Part shown: piece by piece, positions 20,355 to 30,710 of the stretch
Position numbering within the stretch: position 1 is the stretch's first letter
How the letters are laid out: each line of letters starts with the position of its first letter
Source: Pseudolabrys sp.
GTDB taxonomy: Bacteria > Pseudomonadota > Alphaproteobacteria > Rhizobiales > Xanthobacteraceae
Length of the DNA stretch: 42,527 nucleotides
Reading direction: 5' to 3'
Assembly: GCA_035689725.1 (NCBI GenBank)
Contig: DASSLE010000092.1
Span: forward strand, 1 to 42,527
The notes under the pieces: generated by a model
Told to the model about the DNA's origin: nothing
Database searches by the model: none
The model's input: the letters and a program-made list of their open reading frames with translations, nothing else
Translations under genes and position numbers: made by a program

Positions 20355-20921
20355 CTAATTCCGCGCGTTCTCGCGCTCGCCACGATGGACCGGTGTCGCC
20401 TTGGTGATTTTGCCGTGTCCACGCCGCAAGAGAATTGAAGGCCGACGCTTTTTAAGCGCACTCCGACGGCGGCGTCGGGGACGAGGACGTTCGATGTGCA
20501 ATTCGCTCAGCTGCGCATTCGACGCCCGCGCATCTGCGTTCTGTTCCGCGAGCAAAAGAGGTACGCCGAGCACCTGCCTCCAGGCTCGCCATTCGGCCAG
20601 TGCCTCGTCAGGCTGAGATGTCACAAATAGCGGCAATGTCAGCGCGGGATCATGGTGCTTGAGCACAACCGCGAGCGCGTCTTCAGCGCCGCCCTCGCCC
20701 GGCACCAACCGCAGCAAGACGCCGTCAAAGGCCGCGACCGGCATATTGAGCGCCATGCGCATGCCGTGCAGCGAACGCCGTAGGACTACACGCTCGCGAT
20801 GGAGTTCGACATCGCGAACCTGCCCGTCGGCGACGGCATCGCTTGCGTAAAACCGCACAGGCAAGCCAAAGGGGTCGAGCCGCAAGGCGCGGCCCGACCC
20901 GGCGCATCCGCCACTTCGCAT
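20355..20921 (-). CDS. DUF6101-like conserved protein (start uncertain, 20921 or 20978)
   Basis: RLDPFGLPVRF, HDPALTLPL and an Arg-rich tail (RRRRRSALKKRRP); divergent from pmbA. Confidence 0.75.
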   Translation of the reverse strand: MRSGGCAGSGRALRLDPFGLPVRFYASDAVADGQVRDVELHRERVVLRRSLHGMRMALNMPVAAFDGVLLRLVPGEGGAEDALAVVLKHHDPALTLPLFVTSQPDEALAEWRAWRQVLGVPLLLAEQNADARASNAQLSELHIERPRPRRRRRSALKKRRPSILLRRGHGKITKATPVHRGERENARN

Positions 20922-21162
20922 TCGACGCCTCGAAACTCTCCCGCGCCCGGCTTTTGCGCCGGGTCGCGTGCCAAACATGGCAGAAACGCGTCCGAATCCG
21001 CTTAATGTTTTGGGTTAACCAGACGTATCGGCGAGGCCTTCGCGACGAATGATTGACGCCACGTTGCAAACCATGATTGACGAGGTGTTGCCACCGCTGA
21101 CCAAGTTGTCCTGTTCCGGTGGTTGAACCGCGTTGCACCCGCGCCCATGTGAAAGCCGAACA

Positions 21163-22527
21163 ATGCTTGCTTCTGCCCCTTCGCTACTTGACCTAACTCC
21201 GCTGACCGACCGTGCGGAACGGCTGGTCAAAGCTGCGCGCGCTGCCGGAGCGGACGCCGCCGATGCTGTGGCGTTACGCACAATGTCGCTGGGCATTGAA
21301 GTGCGCGATGGACGGGTAGAGGAATCCGAGCGTGCAGAGGGTGACGATCTCGGCCTGCGCGTGCTGATCGGGCGCAGGCAGGCCATGGTCTCCACAAATG
21401 ATTTAGCGGACAACGGCGCGGCCGCCTTGGCCGAACGGGCTGTCGCTATGGCGCGGGTAACGCCTGAGGATAAGTTCGCTGGCCTCGCCGACGCAAATCT
21501 GCTGGCCCGCAACTTTCCCGACCTCGATCTGATCGATCCCAACTTGCCAACGGTCGTCAAGCTCGAGGCACACGCACGAGCCGCCGAGCAGGCGGCACTT
21601 GCCGTAAAAGGGATCAGTAAATCGGGTGGCGCTTCCGCCTCGGCCGGCATCGGCGGGATGGTGCTGGTCACCAGTCATGGGTTCCGTGGCACCTATCTCG
21701 GATCGAACCACGGCCTATCGATGACCGCCATTGCCGGTGACGGCACTGGCATGGAGCGCGACTATGATTATTCCTCCGTCCGGCACGCGGCGGATCTGGA
21801 GAGCCCGGAAATAATTGGCCGCAACGCTGGCGAGCGTGCGGTCGCGAGGCTTAATCCGCGTAAGGTTTCCACTCGCAAGGTACCGGTGGTGTTCGACGCA
21901 CGCTCGGCTAGTTCACTGGTTTCGCACCTGGCCAGCGCAGTCAATGGCGCCTCGGTCGCGCGCAAGACCAGTTTTCTGCGGGACAAGATGGGCGCCAAGC
22001 TGTTCGCCGATGGCATTCACATCATCGACGATCCGCTGCGCAAGCGCGGGCTGCGTTCCCATCCATTCGACGGCGAGGGTGTCGGCTGCAAGAAGCTCGC
22101 GCTGGTCGAGGACGGCGTGCTTCGCTCCTGGCTACTCGATAGCGCGACCGCGCGTGAGCTTGGTCTCGTTACCACCGGTAATGCCAACCGCGCCGGCTCG
22201 TCGGTGACTTCACCCGGGCCTAGCAATCTGCATTTGGAGCCTGGCCGGTTGAGCCCCGACGCGCTTATCGCGGATATTGCCGATGGATTTTATGTCACTG
22301 ACCTGATCGGCATAGGCGCAAATATGGTAACGGGTGACTATAGCCGTGGCGCATCGGGATTCTGGATTGAGAATGGCAAGCGCACCTATCCCGTGAGCGA
22401 GGTCACCATCGCCGGGCATTTGCTCGACATGTTTAGAACACTTACGCCGGCAAACGACCTTGAATTCCGCTACGGCACCAATGCTCCGACGTTGCGTGTG
22501 GAAGGATTGACCGTTGCCGGACAATGA
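21163..22527 (+). CDS. pmbA: TldD/PmbA family protein (PmbA/TldE type)
   Basis: MERDYDYS, SFLRDKMG, PFDGEG, TGDYSRGASGFWIENG, EVTIAG; no HExxH motif. Confidence 0.9.
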   Translation: MLASAPSLLDLTPLTDRAERLVKAARAAGADAADAVALRTMSLGIEVRDGRVEESERAEGDDLGLRVLIGRRQAMVSTNDLADNGAAALAERAVAMARVTPEDKFAGLADANLLARNFPDLDLIDPNLPTVVKLEAHARAAEQAALAVKGISKSGGASASAGIGGMVLVTSHGFRGTYLGSNHGLSMTAIAGDGTGMERDYDYSSVRHAADLESPEIIGRNAGERAVARLNPRKVSTRKVPVVFDARSASSLVSHLASAVNGASVARKTSFLRDKMGAKLFADGIHIIDDPLRKRGLRSHPFDGEGVGCKKLALVEDGVLRSWLLDSATARELGLVTTGNANRAGSSVTSPGPSNLHLEPGRLSPDALIADIADGFYVTDLIGIGANMVTGDYSRGASGFWIENGKRTYPVSEVTIAGHLLDMFRTLTPANDLEFRYGTNAPTLRVEGLTVAGQ

Positions 22528-23329
22528 TATCGTCGCGTTGCGTGCCCCACTCGACGCTGTAATGCGTGACGCCGGCGAGCTCGCGCGCGCGACCGCACGG
22601 CGGCCGTTCAAGCAGTGGACCAAGGGCACCGACCACTCGCCGGTGACCGAGGGAGACATCGCGGTCAACGAATTTCTGCACGCGCAGCTCACCGCGCTCA
22701 TTGGCGGGACCGGCTGGCTGTCGGAGGAATCACAAGACCGCCTGCCCAACCGCGTCTTGCCCCTTACCTGGATCGTCGATCCGATTGACGGCACCCGCGC
22801 CTATATCTCCGGGCGCGCCGACTGGACGATTTCAGTCGCGCTCGCCGAACACGGCCGCCCAATGATTGCGGCGCTCTACGCGCCTGCGACAGACGAGATG
22901 TTCCTTGTTTCGCGCGGCGGTGGTGCCACACTTAATGGCACACCGATAAGGGTGACTCCCGGCGAAGCGCTCACTGGCGCCAAGCTCGCCGGCCCGAAGC
23001 GCTATCTTGAGCGTCTCTGCGGGTTAACGCCGGACATATTAGCTCAGCCCAAGGTGCACTCGCTTGCATTGCGAATTGCACGTGTTGCGCACGGAGCACT
23101 TGATGCCGCATTTGCATCCGGCGGCAGTCATGATTGGGACCTTGCAGCGGCCGATCTTTTGGTGCACGAAGCCGGCGGGGCACTCACCGACCTTGCCGGC
23201 CGGCCGCTGAAATACGACGGTTCACAGATTGCACATGGTGCGCTGATAGCCGCAGGCTATGCCCGCCATGGCGCGTTGATTGACCTCGTCCGCGACCGTG
23301 AAACCGAATTCGCTTCGAATTCGGCCTAA
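22514..23329 (+). CDS. inositol monophosphatase / CysQ family phosphatase
   Basis: SPVTEGD, WLSEE, WIVDPIDGT, WDLAAADLLVHEAGG. Confidence 0.9.
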   Translation: MPDNDIVALRAPLDAVMRDAGELARATARRPFKQWTKGTDHSPVTEGDIAVNEFLHAQLTALIGGTGWLSEESQDRLPNRVLPLTWIVDPIDGTRAYISGRADWTISVALAEHGRPMIAALYAPATDEMFLVSRGGGATLNGTPIRVTPGEALTGAKLAGPKRYLERLCGLTPDILAQPKVHSLALRIARVAHGALDAAFASGGSHDWDLAAADLLVHEAGGALTDLAGRPLKYDGSQIAHGALIAAGYARHGALIDLVRDRETEFASNSA

Positions 23330-23372
23330 CCGGTATGTAGGCCGCCGCGGGGCATCGACCAGGGATCGACTC

Positions 23373-23630
23373 ATGTCCGCAGAACCACCCACAACAAAAA
23401 AACAACTGCTGCATCTCGTCCTTGGCGGCGAACTCACGGAACTCGGCGGTAGCGAATTCAAGGACCTCAACAAGATCGACATGGTCGGCGTCTTCCCGAA
23501 TTATGCCAGCGCTTATGTCGCCTGGAAGGCCAGGGCGCAGCACACTGTCGACAACGCCCACATGCGCTATTTCATCGTTCACTTGCACCGCCTGCTCGAT
23601 CCCGAAGCTGCGGGTCGACCGGCGCGCTGA
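23373..23630 (+). CDS. DUF4170 domain protein
   Basis: QLLHLVLGGEL...VGVFPNY...TVDNAHMRYFIVHLHRLLDP; conserved position upstream of waaA. Confidence 0.85.
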   Translation: MSAEPPTTKKQLLHLVLGGELTELGGSEFKDLNKIDMVGVFPNYASAYVAWKARAQHTVDNAHMRYFIVHLHRLLDPEAAGRPAR

Positions 23631-24344
23631 ATGACGATGCCATCGTTCAAGCGTATCGTCTCCTCATCCGCCTTTCAGGAAGCCGTCGGCGCGGCGGCCG
23701 CCTCATATTTACGATTTACCTGGTGCACGAGCCAGGTCGTCCTCGAGCCCATGGGCATCTACGAAACGGTGGAGATGCCTGCGATCATTGCAATGTGGCA
23801 CGGCCAACATTTCATGGCACCGTTCATAAAGCGCAACGACCCGCGCCATCGCACCAAGGTGCTGATCTCACGTCATCGCGACGCCGAGATCAATGCGCGC
23901 GCTGCGGAACGACTGGATATCGGGACTATCCGCGGCTCCGGCGCCCACAACGCTGAATTCCACCGCAAGGGCGGCGCTGTCGCCTTTACCGAGATGCTGG
24001 AGGCCTTGAAAGGAGGCTACAATATAGCAATGACCGCGGATGTTCCAAAAGTTGCGCGCATCGCTGGCCTTGGCGTAGTGAAACTCGCGCAGTATTCCGG
24101 ACGGCCAATCTACCCGGTGGCGATAGCCTCAAGCCGACGCATCGAGCTCGACAATTGGGATCGCTCGGCCATCAACTTGCCGTTCAGCCGGATGGGACTT
24201 GTGGCGAGCGAAGCAATCTATGTGCCGCACGACTCTGACAATGCAGCGCTCGAGGCGGCGAGACAACAGGTCGAAAGCGAGCTCAACCGAGTGACGGCAC
24301 GGGCATACGAGATCGCCGACAGAACCAGGAGCGGCAGATCTTGA
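23631..24344 (+). CDS. lysophospholipid acyltransferase family protein (DUF374)
   Basis: AMWHGQH, LISRHRDAE, IRGS, TADVPK, NWDRSAINLPFSR. Confidence 0.88.
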   Translation: MTMPSFKRIVSSSAFQEAVGAAAASYLRFTWCTSQVVLEPMGIYETVEMPAIIAMWHGQHFMAPFIKRNDPRHRTKVLISRHRDAEINARAAERLDIGTIRGSGAHNAEFHRKGGAVAFTEMLEALKGGYNIAMTADVPKVARIAGLGVVKLAQYSGRPIYPVAIASSRRIELDNWDRSAINLPFSRMGLVASEAIYVPHDSDNAALEAARQQVESELNRVTARAYEIADRTRSGRS

Positions 24345-25645
24345 GCGGCAAAATGCCGGTTGGATTGCGGATGTATCGGCTGTTGTCCGCGGCGGCAGGA
24401 CTGTTCGCTCCTATCCTGCTGGCACGGCGCCTCAAGCGCGGTAAGGAGCATCGACAGCGTCTGCCCGAGCGCCGCGGTGAAAGTCGCATCACGCGACCGG
24501 AAGGCCCTCTGGTCTGGCTGCACGGCGCCAGCGTCGGAGAGCTGGCGAGCGTTCTGCCTTTAATCGATCGCATTCGTACGCGCCGCATCAGCATGTTAGT
24601 AACCACCGGCACGGTCACTTCGGGCGGGCTCGCCGAACAACGCCTTCCGCGCGGGGTGATCCATCAATTCATCCCTCTCGATATTCCGCGCTTCGTACGC
24701 CGGTTTCTCGGTCATTGGCGGCCGGACCTCGCATTGTTCATCGAATCCGAGCTTTGGCCCAACATGATGATCGAGGCATCGGCGCGCGGCATACCGATGG
24801 TTCTGGTCAACGCCCGCCTGTCGAAAAATTCATTCGAACGCTGGCGGCGCCTGCCGAATTCGATCGCCGACCTGCTTCGACGACTGGATCTTTGTCTTCC
24901 CGGCACCTCATCCGATGCTGCGCGGCTGAGTGAACTGGGCGCATCAAATGTCGTCACCACGGGCAACCTCAAGCTTGACGTACCGGCGCCGCCCGCCGAC
25001 CCGGCAGCGCTTGCATTGTTACAGGATGCGATTGCCGGCCGGCCGGTGATTGCAGCCACTTCCACCCATGCCGGCGAAGAGGGCGTGGTGATCGACGTGT
25101 ATAATCGCCTGCGCACGAATTTTCCGGGCCTGCTGACGCTCATCGCGCCGCGCCATCCGGAACGCGGCCCGGGCGTCGCTGAGATCGCGACTGCCGCCGG
25201 CTTGGTCGCGGCGCTGCGCTCGCGCGGGGAATTACCCAAACGCACAACCCATATTTATGTGGCAGACACGCTTGGCGAGCTCGGCCTGATCTATCGGCTG
25301 GCACCAGCTGTGTTCATCGGCGGCTCGCTGGTCAAGCACGGCGGGCAAAATCCGGTCGAGGCGGCCAAGCTGCGCACTGCGATTCTGCACGGTCCGCATA
25401 TTTGGAATTTCGCTGAGATTTATGCCGCGCTCGACAACGCCCATGGCGCCGAGCTGATTGACGACGTCGACCGCCTTACCGCGTATTTTGCCGCCTGGCT
25501 TGCTGACCCCGATGCCTGTGCCCGTGTCGCCGACGCTGGCCACAATGTGGTGGAGAATTTGGGCGGCGCGCTCGACCGCACCATGGCGTCGCTCGACCCT
25601 TACCTGATGCAGCTCCAATTACACCAACGGGCCCGCAATGCGTGA
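24341..25645 (+). CDS. waaA: 3-deoxy-D-manno-octulosonic acid (Kdo) transferase
   Basis: WLHGASVGE, ESELWPN, GNLKLD, STHAGEE, APRHPER, DTLGELG, GGQNPVE. Confidence 0.96.
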   Translation: MSGKMPVGLRMYRLLSAAAGLFAPILLARRLKRGKEHRQRLPERRGESRITRPEGPLVWLHGASVGELASVLPLIDRIRTRRISMLVTTGTVTSGGLAEQRLPRGVIHQFIPLDIPRFVRRFLGHWRPDLALFIESELWPNMMIEASARGIPMVLVNARLSKNSFERWRRLPNSIADLLRRLDLCLPGTSSDAARLSELGASNVVTTGNLKLDVPAPPADPAALALLQDAIAGRPVIAATSTHAGEEGVVIDVYNRLRTNFPGLLTLIAPRHPERGPGVAEIATAAGLVAALRSRGELPKRTTHIYVADTLGELGLIYRLAPAVFIGGSLVKHGGQNPVEAAKLRTAILHGPHIWNFAEIYAALDNAHGAELIDDVDRLTAYFAAWLADPDACARVADAGHNVVENLGGALDRTMASLDPYLMQLQLHQRARNA

Positions 25646-26636
25646 ACCGTCCTTCTGGTGGCGCAGGGCTGGCCTCACCGCAGGATTGCTGGCGCCATTG
25701 GCACTCGTCTATGGCGCAGTCACGGCGAGACGCATGTCTATGAAAGGTGCGCCCGCCGGAGTGCCGGTTTTATGCGTGGGTAATTTCACGCTTGGCGGCG
25801 CAGGTAAGACGCCGACGGTCATGATGCTCGCACGAATGCTCGCGGACGCTGGCGAGCGTCCAGTCTGTCTCAGCCGCGGCTATGGCGGGGATGTCGCAGG
25901 TCCAATGCTTGTAGATGCTCATACAGCCGTTGCCGCCGAAGTTGGCGACGAGGCGCCTTTGATCGCGCGTGTAGCGCCGACCATCGTTGCACGGGATCGC
26001 GTCGCCGGTGCAGCGTTTGCGCACGCGCAAGGTGCCGGCCTCATCATCATGGATGATGGATTGCAGAATTCTTCGTTGATGAAGAATTTCACGCTTGCCG
26101 TAATCGACGGGCGGCGCGGCGTCGGTAACAGGTGCATATTTCCCGCTGGACCTTTGCGCGCGCCGTTGGCCGCACAACTCGAGCAAACCGATGCGCTGCT
26201 GGTGGTGGGCGAAGGCGTCGGCGCCGACGACGTCATCGCTCAAGCCCGCGTGCGTGACCTACCGGTATTTCACGGTCGTCTCGTGCCCGATCTAAGTGAG
26301 CTTGCGACTCTGAAGGGACGCAAAGTGCTGGCTTTCGCAGGCATCGGTGACCCGGAGAAGTTTTTCGCCACCGCTGTCGAGGCCGGCATTGCCGTGACAG
26401 AGCGCCGGGTATTTGGCGATCATCACCGCTATACCGCGGAGGAAGCGGGAGAACTCATCATGGAGGCCGAACATGACGGGCTTGCGCTCCTCACCACCGA
26501 AAAGGACCGCGCGCGCATGGCCGGCGAGCGGCTGCTTGAGGCGCTTGCCACGCGCGCGCATACGCTGCCGGTGACCATGGTGGTTGACGAACCCGATGAC
26601 CTGCGACAGCTCGTGATGTCGAGGCTGAGGCGCTAA
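25638..26636 (+). CDS. lpxK: tetraacyldisaccharide 4'-kinase
   Basis: VGNFTLGGAGKTP, SRGYGG, GDE, MDDGLQ, PAGPLR, TTEKD. Confidence 0.96.
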   Translation: MREPSFWWRRAGLTAGLLAPLALVYGAVTARRMSMKGAPAGVPVLCVGNFTLGGAGKTPTVMMLARMLADAGERPVCLSRGYGGDVAGPMLVDAHTAVAAEVGDEAPLIARVAPTIVARDRVAGAAFAHAQGAGLIIMDDGLQNSSLMKNFTLAVIDGRRGVGNRCIFPAGPLRAPLAAQLEQTDALLVVGEGVGADDVIAQARVRDLPVFHGRLVPDLSELATLKGRKVLAFAGIGDPEKFFATAVEAGIAVTERRVFGDHHRYTAEEAGELIMEAEHDGLALLTTEKDRARMAGERLLEALATRAHTLPVTMVVDEPDDLRQLVMSRLRR

Positions 26637-26640
26637 TCGC

Positions 26641-26871
26641 TTATTTTTTGGCCGCGTGAGGACCCCGGTATCGCTGCAAGACCGCCTCCGGCGTGGCATA
26701 GGCTTCTTGCAAATCGACGCTCCAGTACTTGAGCTCCTCGAGCGGAATGGGTACGCCCGTTACTGCGCAGCGCACAAAGGCGCCCGGCCGCACCACGCGG
26801 AAATCGCCATCAAGGTATTTTACCTCCGCCTCGCCGTTCATCGGCGAGGAGCGATCATAGCGATTGAGCAA
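26641..26871 (-). CDS. DUF2093 domain protein
   Basis: YLDGDFRVVRPGAFVRCAVTG..IPLEELKYWSVDLQEAY; TTG start at 26871 with a GGAGG RBS. Confidence 0.85.
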   Translation of the reverse strand: MLNRYDRSSPMNGEAEVKYLDGDFRVVRPGAFVRCAVTGVPIPLEELKYWSVDLQEAYATPEAVLQRYRGPHAAKK

Positions 26872-26949
26872 AAGCGGCCTCCATTCCCTGCTTGGATATC
26901 CAACCAAACAATAGTCGTTCGGTCGCGCCGGCGAAACCCTCACCTGAAG

Positions 26950-28392
26950 CTACGAGCCGAACAGACTGCCCTGCCCTCCAGGGCCCTCACCACTGCCGCG
27001 CGCGCGCGGTTTAACTTTCGCTTGCGGTTGCAAAGCACGGTCGCCATCTGCATTTGCGCCTACGCGGCCATCGGCAAACTCAATATCGAGCCGCATACCG
27101 GCGCCGACCGCTGCGGCCGTCCTCAGTGGGCGTCCCTCACCGTCGCGGACGAGAGCAAATCCGCGCTCGAGCACTTTGCGGTATGAATACGCGTTGAGCA
27201 GTTGCCAGGCACTTCGTAAACGTTGCGTGCGCTGCTCGAGATAAGTGTGTCTTGCCCGTTTAGCTCTCTCGCGGAGAGCGACGACGATTTCATTGCCTCG
27301 AGTGAGGCGCTGCCGCAGCAATCGCGGTGATAGCTTGGCGGCAACGCGCGTGAGGTGTGTGTGATGGATTTGCGCATTGGCGCGCAAGGCGCGCGGCAAA
27401 CGGCCGGCACAGGCATCGAGCCGCTGACGTGGAATCGCCAACAGGTCATCGAGCGCCGGAAGTGCGCGCGTTAGTAAATAGAGCTCTTTGCGGTGCCGAT
27501 CTACGTTGCGCTGCCAGCAAGCAAGCTTGCGCGCGCCGAGATCAGTGAGCGTCGACATCAGCTCGGCGCGCACCGGTACCGCCATTTCGGCGGCGGCGGT
27601 CGGCGTAGGCGCACGGCGATCGGCGACGAAATCAATCAACGTTATGTCGGTCTCGTGCCCGACAGCGGAAATGAGCGGGATCATGCTCTCCGCTGCTGCC
27701 CGCACCACAACTTCCTCGTTGAACGACCAAAGGTCTTCCAACGAACCGCCCCCGCGCGCGACGATGATCAGATCGGGTCGCGGTAACGGGCCGCGCTCAG
27801 GCAACGCATTGAAGCCCTGGATTGCCTTCGCGACTTCCACCGCAGAGGCGTCACCCTGCACCCGTACCGGCCACACCAGCACGCGGCGAGGAAAGCGGTC
27901 CTCCAGGCGATGCAGAATATCGCGGATTACCGCGCCAGTCGGCGAAGTGACCACACCGATCACCTCCGGCAGGAATGGCAAGAGCTGCTTGCGGGCTTCG
28001 TCGAACAGGCCCTCGGCAGCTAGCTTCTTCTTGCGCTCCTCCAGGAGCTTCATGAGCGCGCCGATGCCGGCCGGCTCAAGGCTGTCGATCACAATCTGAT
28101 ATTTCGAAGAGCCGGCGAAGGTGGTGAGCTTGCCGGACACGATGACGTCAAGGCCCTCCTCGGGCTTGACGCGCATACGCCCGAAGCTGCCCTTCCAGAT
28201 CACCGCCTCCAGCACCGCCTTGTCGTCCTTCAGACGGAAATAGACGTGGCCGGAGGGCGAGGCCCCCTTGAAACCAGACACCTCGCCGCGGACGCGCACA
28301 TATCCATAGGCACCCTCAACGGTGCGTTTGAGCGCCGCCGAAAGCTCGGAGACGGTCCACTCCATAACGTTATTAAGGGCGGGCTCTGCCAT
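26950..28392 (-). CDS. xseA: exodeoxyribonuclease VII large subunit
   Basis: [51 protein letters not shown]; start at ATG 28392. Confidence 0.96.
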   Translation of the reverse strand: MAEPALNNVMEWTVSELSAALKRTVEGAYGYVRVRGEVSGFKGASPSGHVYFRLKDDKAVLEAVIWKGSFGRMRVKPEEGLDVIVSGKLTTFAGSSKYQIVIDSLEPAGIGALMKLLEERKKKLAAEGLFDEARKQLLPFLPEVIGVVTSPTGAVIRDILHRLEDRFPRRVLVWPVRVQGDASAVEVAKAIQGFNALPERGPLPRPDLIIVARGGGSLEDLWSFNEEVVVRAAAESMIPLISAVGHETDITLIDFVADRRAPTPTAAAEMAVPVRAELMSTLTDLGARKLACWQRNVDRHRKELYLLTRALPALDDLLAIPRQRLDACAGRLPRALRANAQIHHTHLTRVAAKLSPRLLRQRLTRGNEIVVALRERAKRARHTYLEQRTQRLRSAWQLLNAYSYRKVLERGFALVRDGEGRPLRTAAAVGAGMRLDIEFADGRVGANADGDRALQPQAKVKPRARGSGEGPGGQGSLFGS

Positions 28393-28474
28393 TCGGACCG
28401 AATCTCTTGCGGGGGTAAGGTGACATGCTACACCAAATAGCGATCGCACACTAAAGGCCCGCCCCGCTAACGCC

Positions 28475-29749
28475 ATGAACATCCTCATTCTCGGTTCCGG
28501 CGGACGGGAGCACGCGCTGGCCTGGAAGATGGCGGCCAGTCCGCTCACCGACAAGCTTTATTGCGCGCCCGGCAATGCCGGCATTGCGCAGGAAGCCGAA
28601 TGCGTGGCGCTCGACCTCGCTGACCACAGCGCAGTGATCGCTTTTTCTAAAGAAAACAAAATCGATCTGGTCGTAGTCGGACCCGAGGTGCCGCTGTGCG
28701 CTGGTATCGTCGACGATCTGGAGGCCGCCGGCATCAAGGCCTTTGGCCCAACCAAATGGGCGGCGCGGCTGGAAGGCTCCAAGGGTTTTACGAAGGACTT
28801 ATGCAAGGCCAACAACATCCCAACAGCGGCATACGAACGCTTCAAGGGCGCGAGCGCGGCAAAGGATTATGTGCGTAAAAAAGGCGCGCCTATCGTGGTG
28901 AAAGCGGACGGACTCGCCGCCGGTAAGGGCGTGGTGGTGGCGGAGACCGTTCAAGAGGCCGAAGCCGCCATCGACATGATGTTCGGCGGCGGTCTCGGCA
29001 CGCCCGCTTGGGAAATCGTGATTGAGGATTGCCTTGTCGGTGAAGAGGCATCGTTCTTCGCGCTCTGCGACGGAGAGACCGCGATCGCACTCGCTTCGGC
29101 GCAGGACCACAAGCGCGTAGGTGATGGAGACAAGGGGCCGAATACCGGCGGCATGGGCGCCTATTCGCCCGCGCCGATTATGACCGACGACATGAATCGA
29201 CGCGTGATGGACGAGATTATTCATCCCACCGTGCGTGCGCTCAAACGTGCCGGCGCACCTTACAAGGGAGTGCTGTTCGCCGGATTGATGATCACCAAGG
29301 ATGGCCCGCAACTGATCGAGTACAATGTGCGCTTCGGCGATCCGGAATGTCAGGTGCTGATGCTGCGCATGATGTCGGACTTGGTGCCAGCGCTGCTGGC
29401 GGCGCACGACGGGCAACTCAAGAATTTCGATTTGCGGTGGTATCCGGACGCAGCACTCACAGTCGTGATGGCGGCAAAGGGATATCCCGGAAATTACAAT
29501 AAGGGCTCGATCATCGAAGGCCTCGATGCGGCGGCACAGGTCGAAGGCGTGGAAATCTTCCATGCCGGTACAAAAGCTGAAGGCAATCAAATTCTCGCCA
29601 ATGGCGGTCGCGTGCTTAACATCTGCGCGCGGGCCAGGACCGTGCGCGACGCGCAGAGTCGGGCTTACGCCGCTATCGACCGTATCCACTGGCCTGACGG
29701 CTTCTGCCGCCGCGATATCGGCTGGCGCGCGATAGAGCGGGAGAAGTAA
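28475..29749 (+). CDS. purD: phosphoribosylamine--glycine ligase
   Basis: [48 protein letters not shown]. Confidence 0.98.
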   Translation: MNILILGSGGREHALAWKMAASPLTDKLYCAPGNAGIAQEAECVALDLADHSAVIAFSKENKIDLVVVGPEVPLCAGIVDDLEAAGIKAFGPTKWAARLEGSKGFTKDLCKANNIPTAAYERFKGASAAKDYVRKKGAPIVVKADGLAAGKGVVVAETVQEAEAAIDMMFGGGLGTPAWEIVIEDCLVGEEASFFALCDGETAIALASAQDHKRVGDGDKGPNTGGMGAYSPAPIMTDDMNRRVMDEIIHPTVRALKRAGAPYKGVLFAGLMITKDGPQLIEYNVRFGDPECQVLMLRMMSDLVPALLAAHDGQLKNFDLRWYPDAALTVVMAAKGYPGNYNKGSIIEGLDAAAQVEGVEIFHAGTKAEGNQILANGGRVLNICARARTVRDAQSRAYAAIDRIHWPDGFCRRDIGWRAIEREK

Positions 29750-29788
29750 GCTGTCATTCTAGTTATCTATCGTTGTATCGAGTAGCCC

Positions 29789-30694
29789 ATGCCCGATCTC
29801 GCCGACCTTTTCCCCGGATTTCCCTCGCACTGGGTCGATACCTCAGTCGGAAAAATCTTCGCACGCGCCGGCGGCAATGGTCCACCATTGTTGCTCCTGC
29901 ACGGCTACACCCAAACCAACGTGATGTGGCACCGCGTCACACCGGTGCTCGCGAAGCGCTTCTCGCTCGTCATTCCAGACCTGCCTGGGTACGGCCGGTC
30001 GGCGGTGCCACAGGCCGACGAAACGCACGCGCCTTACGACAAGCGCTCGATGGCGAAGGTGATGATTGAGGTCATGGAAAAGCTCGGCCATGTGCGTTTC
30101 CGGATTGCCGGTCACGACCGCGGCGGTCGAGTCGCCTACCGCCTCGCGCTCGATCACCCGGGACGCGTCGAGCAAATGGCGACGCTCGACATCGTGCCGA
30201 CCTATGACATGTGGCACGGCATGAATTGCAACATGGCCATGAAGGTCTGGCACTGGCCGTTTCTGGCGCAGCCGGAGCCACTCCCGGAAATGCTGATCTC
30301 AAAAGCGCCGGTCGAATATCTGGAGTGGAAAATGACGAGCTGGACCAAGGCCAAGAACCTGTCCGCCTTCGATCCGCGCGCGCTTGACCACTATCGCGCG
30401 GCATTTTCTGATCCACTGCGCATCCACGCACAATGCGAGGATTACCGCGCCGGACGCTACGCCGATCTCGCCAATGACGAGGCTGATCGCGCCAAGGGCA
30501 AGACGATTGGCTGCCCGCTGCTTGCCTTGTGGGGCGGCGTCGGCATTGCCAATGAAACCGGCGGTCCGCTCAAGATCTGGAAAGAATGGGCACCAGGGAC
30601 CACTGGCAAGCCGATTGATTCTGGCCACTTCCTAACCGAGGAAAATTCGGAGGCCACCACTGCGGCGCTACTGGAATTCTTTACTGCTGCGTAA
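29789..30694 (+). CDS. fluoroacetate/haloacetate dehalogenase-like alpha/beta hydrolase
   Basis: GHDRGGR nucleophile elbow. D110, R111, R114, D134, H155, W156, Y219 and H280 counted directly from the translation. Confidence 0.88.
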   Translation: MPDLADLFPGFPSHWVDTSVGKIFARAGGNGPPLLLLHGYTQTNVMWHRVTPVLAKRFSLVIPDLPGYGRSAVPQADETHAPYDKRSMAKVMIEVMEKLGHVRFRIAGHDRGGRVAYRLALDHPGRVEQMATLDIVPTYDMWHGMNCNMAMKVWHWPFLAQPEPLPEMLISKAPVEYLEWKMTSWTKAKNLSAFDPRALDHYRAAFSDPLRIHAQCEDYRAGRYADLANDEADRAKGKTIGCPLLALWGGVGIANETGGPLKIWKEWAPGTTGKPIDSGHFLTEENSEATTAALLEFFTAA

Positions 30695-30710
30695 CTTTCA
30701 GGAGTTGTGA

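Noticed and set aside
20922-20978. Possible mutated start codon of the DUF6101-like gene after GGGAG
   Set aside because: In-frame ATGs exist at 20921 and 20978, so a defect cannot be shown without an alignment.
28393-28554. N-terminal extension of xseA overlapping the purD start
   Set aside because: XseA homology begins at ATG 28392; the extension would run through the divergent promoter and into purD.
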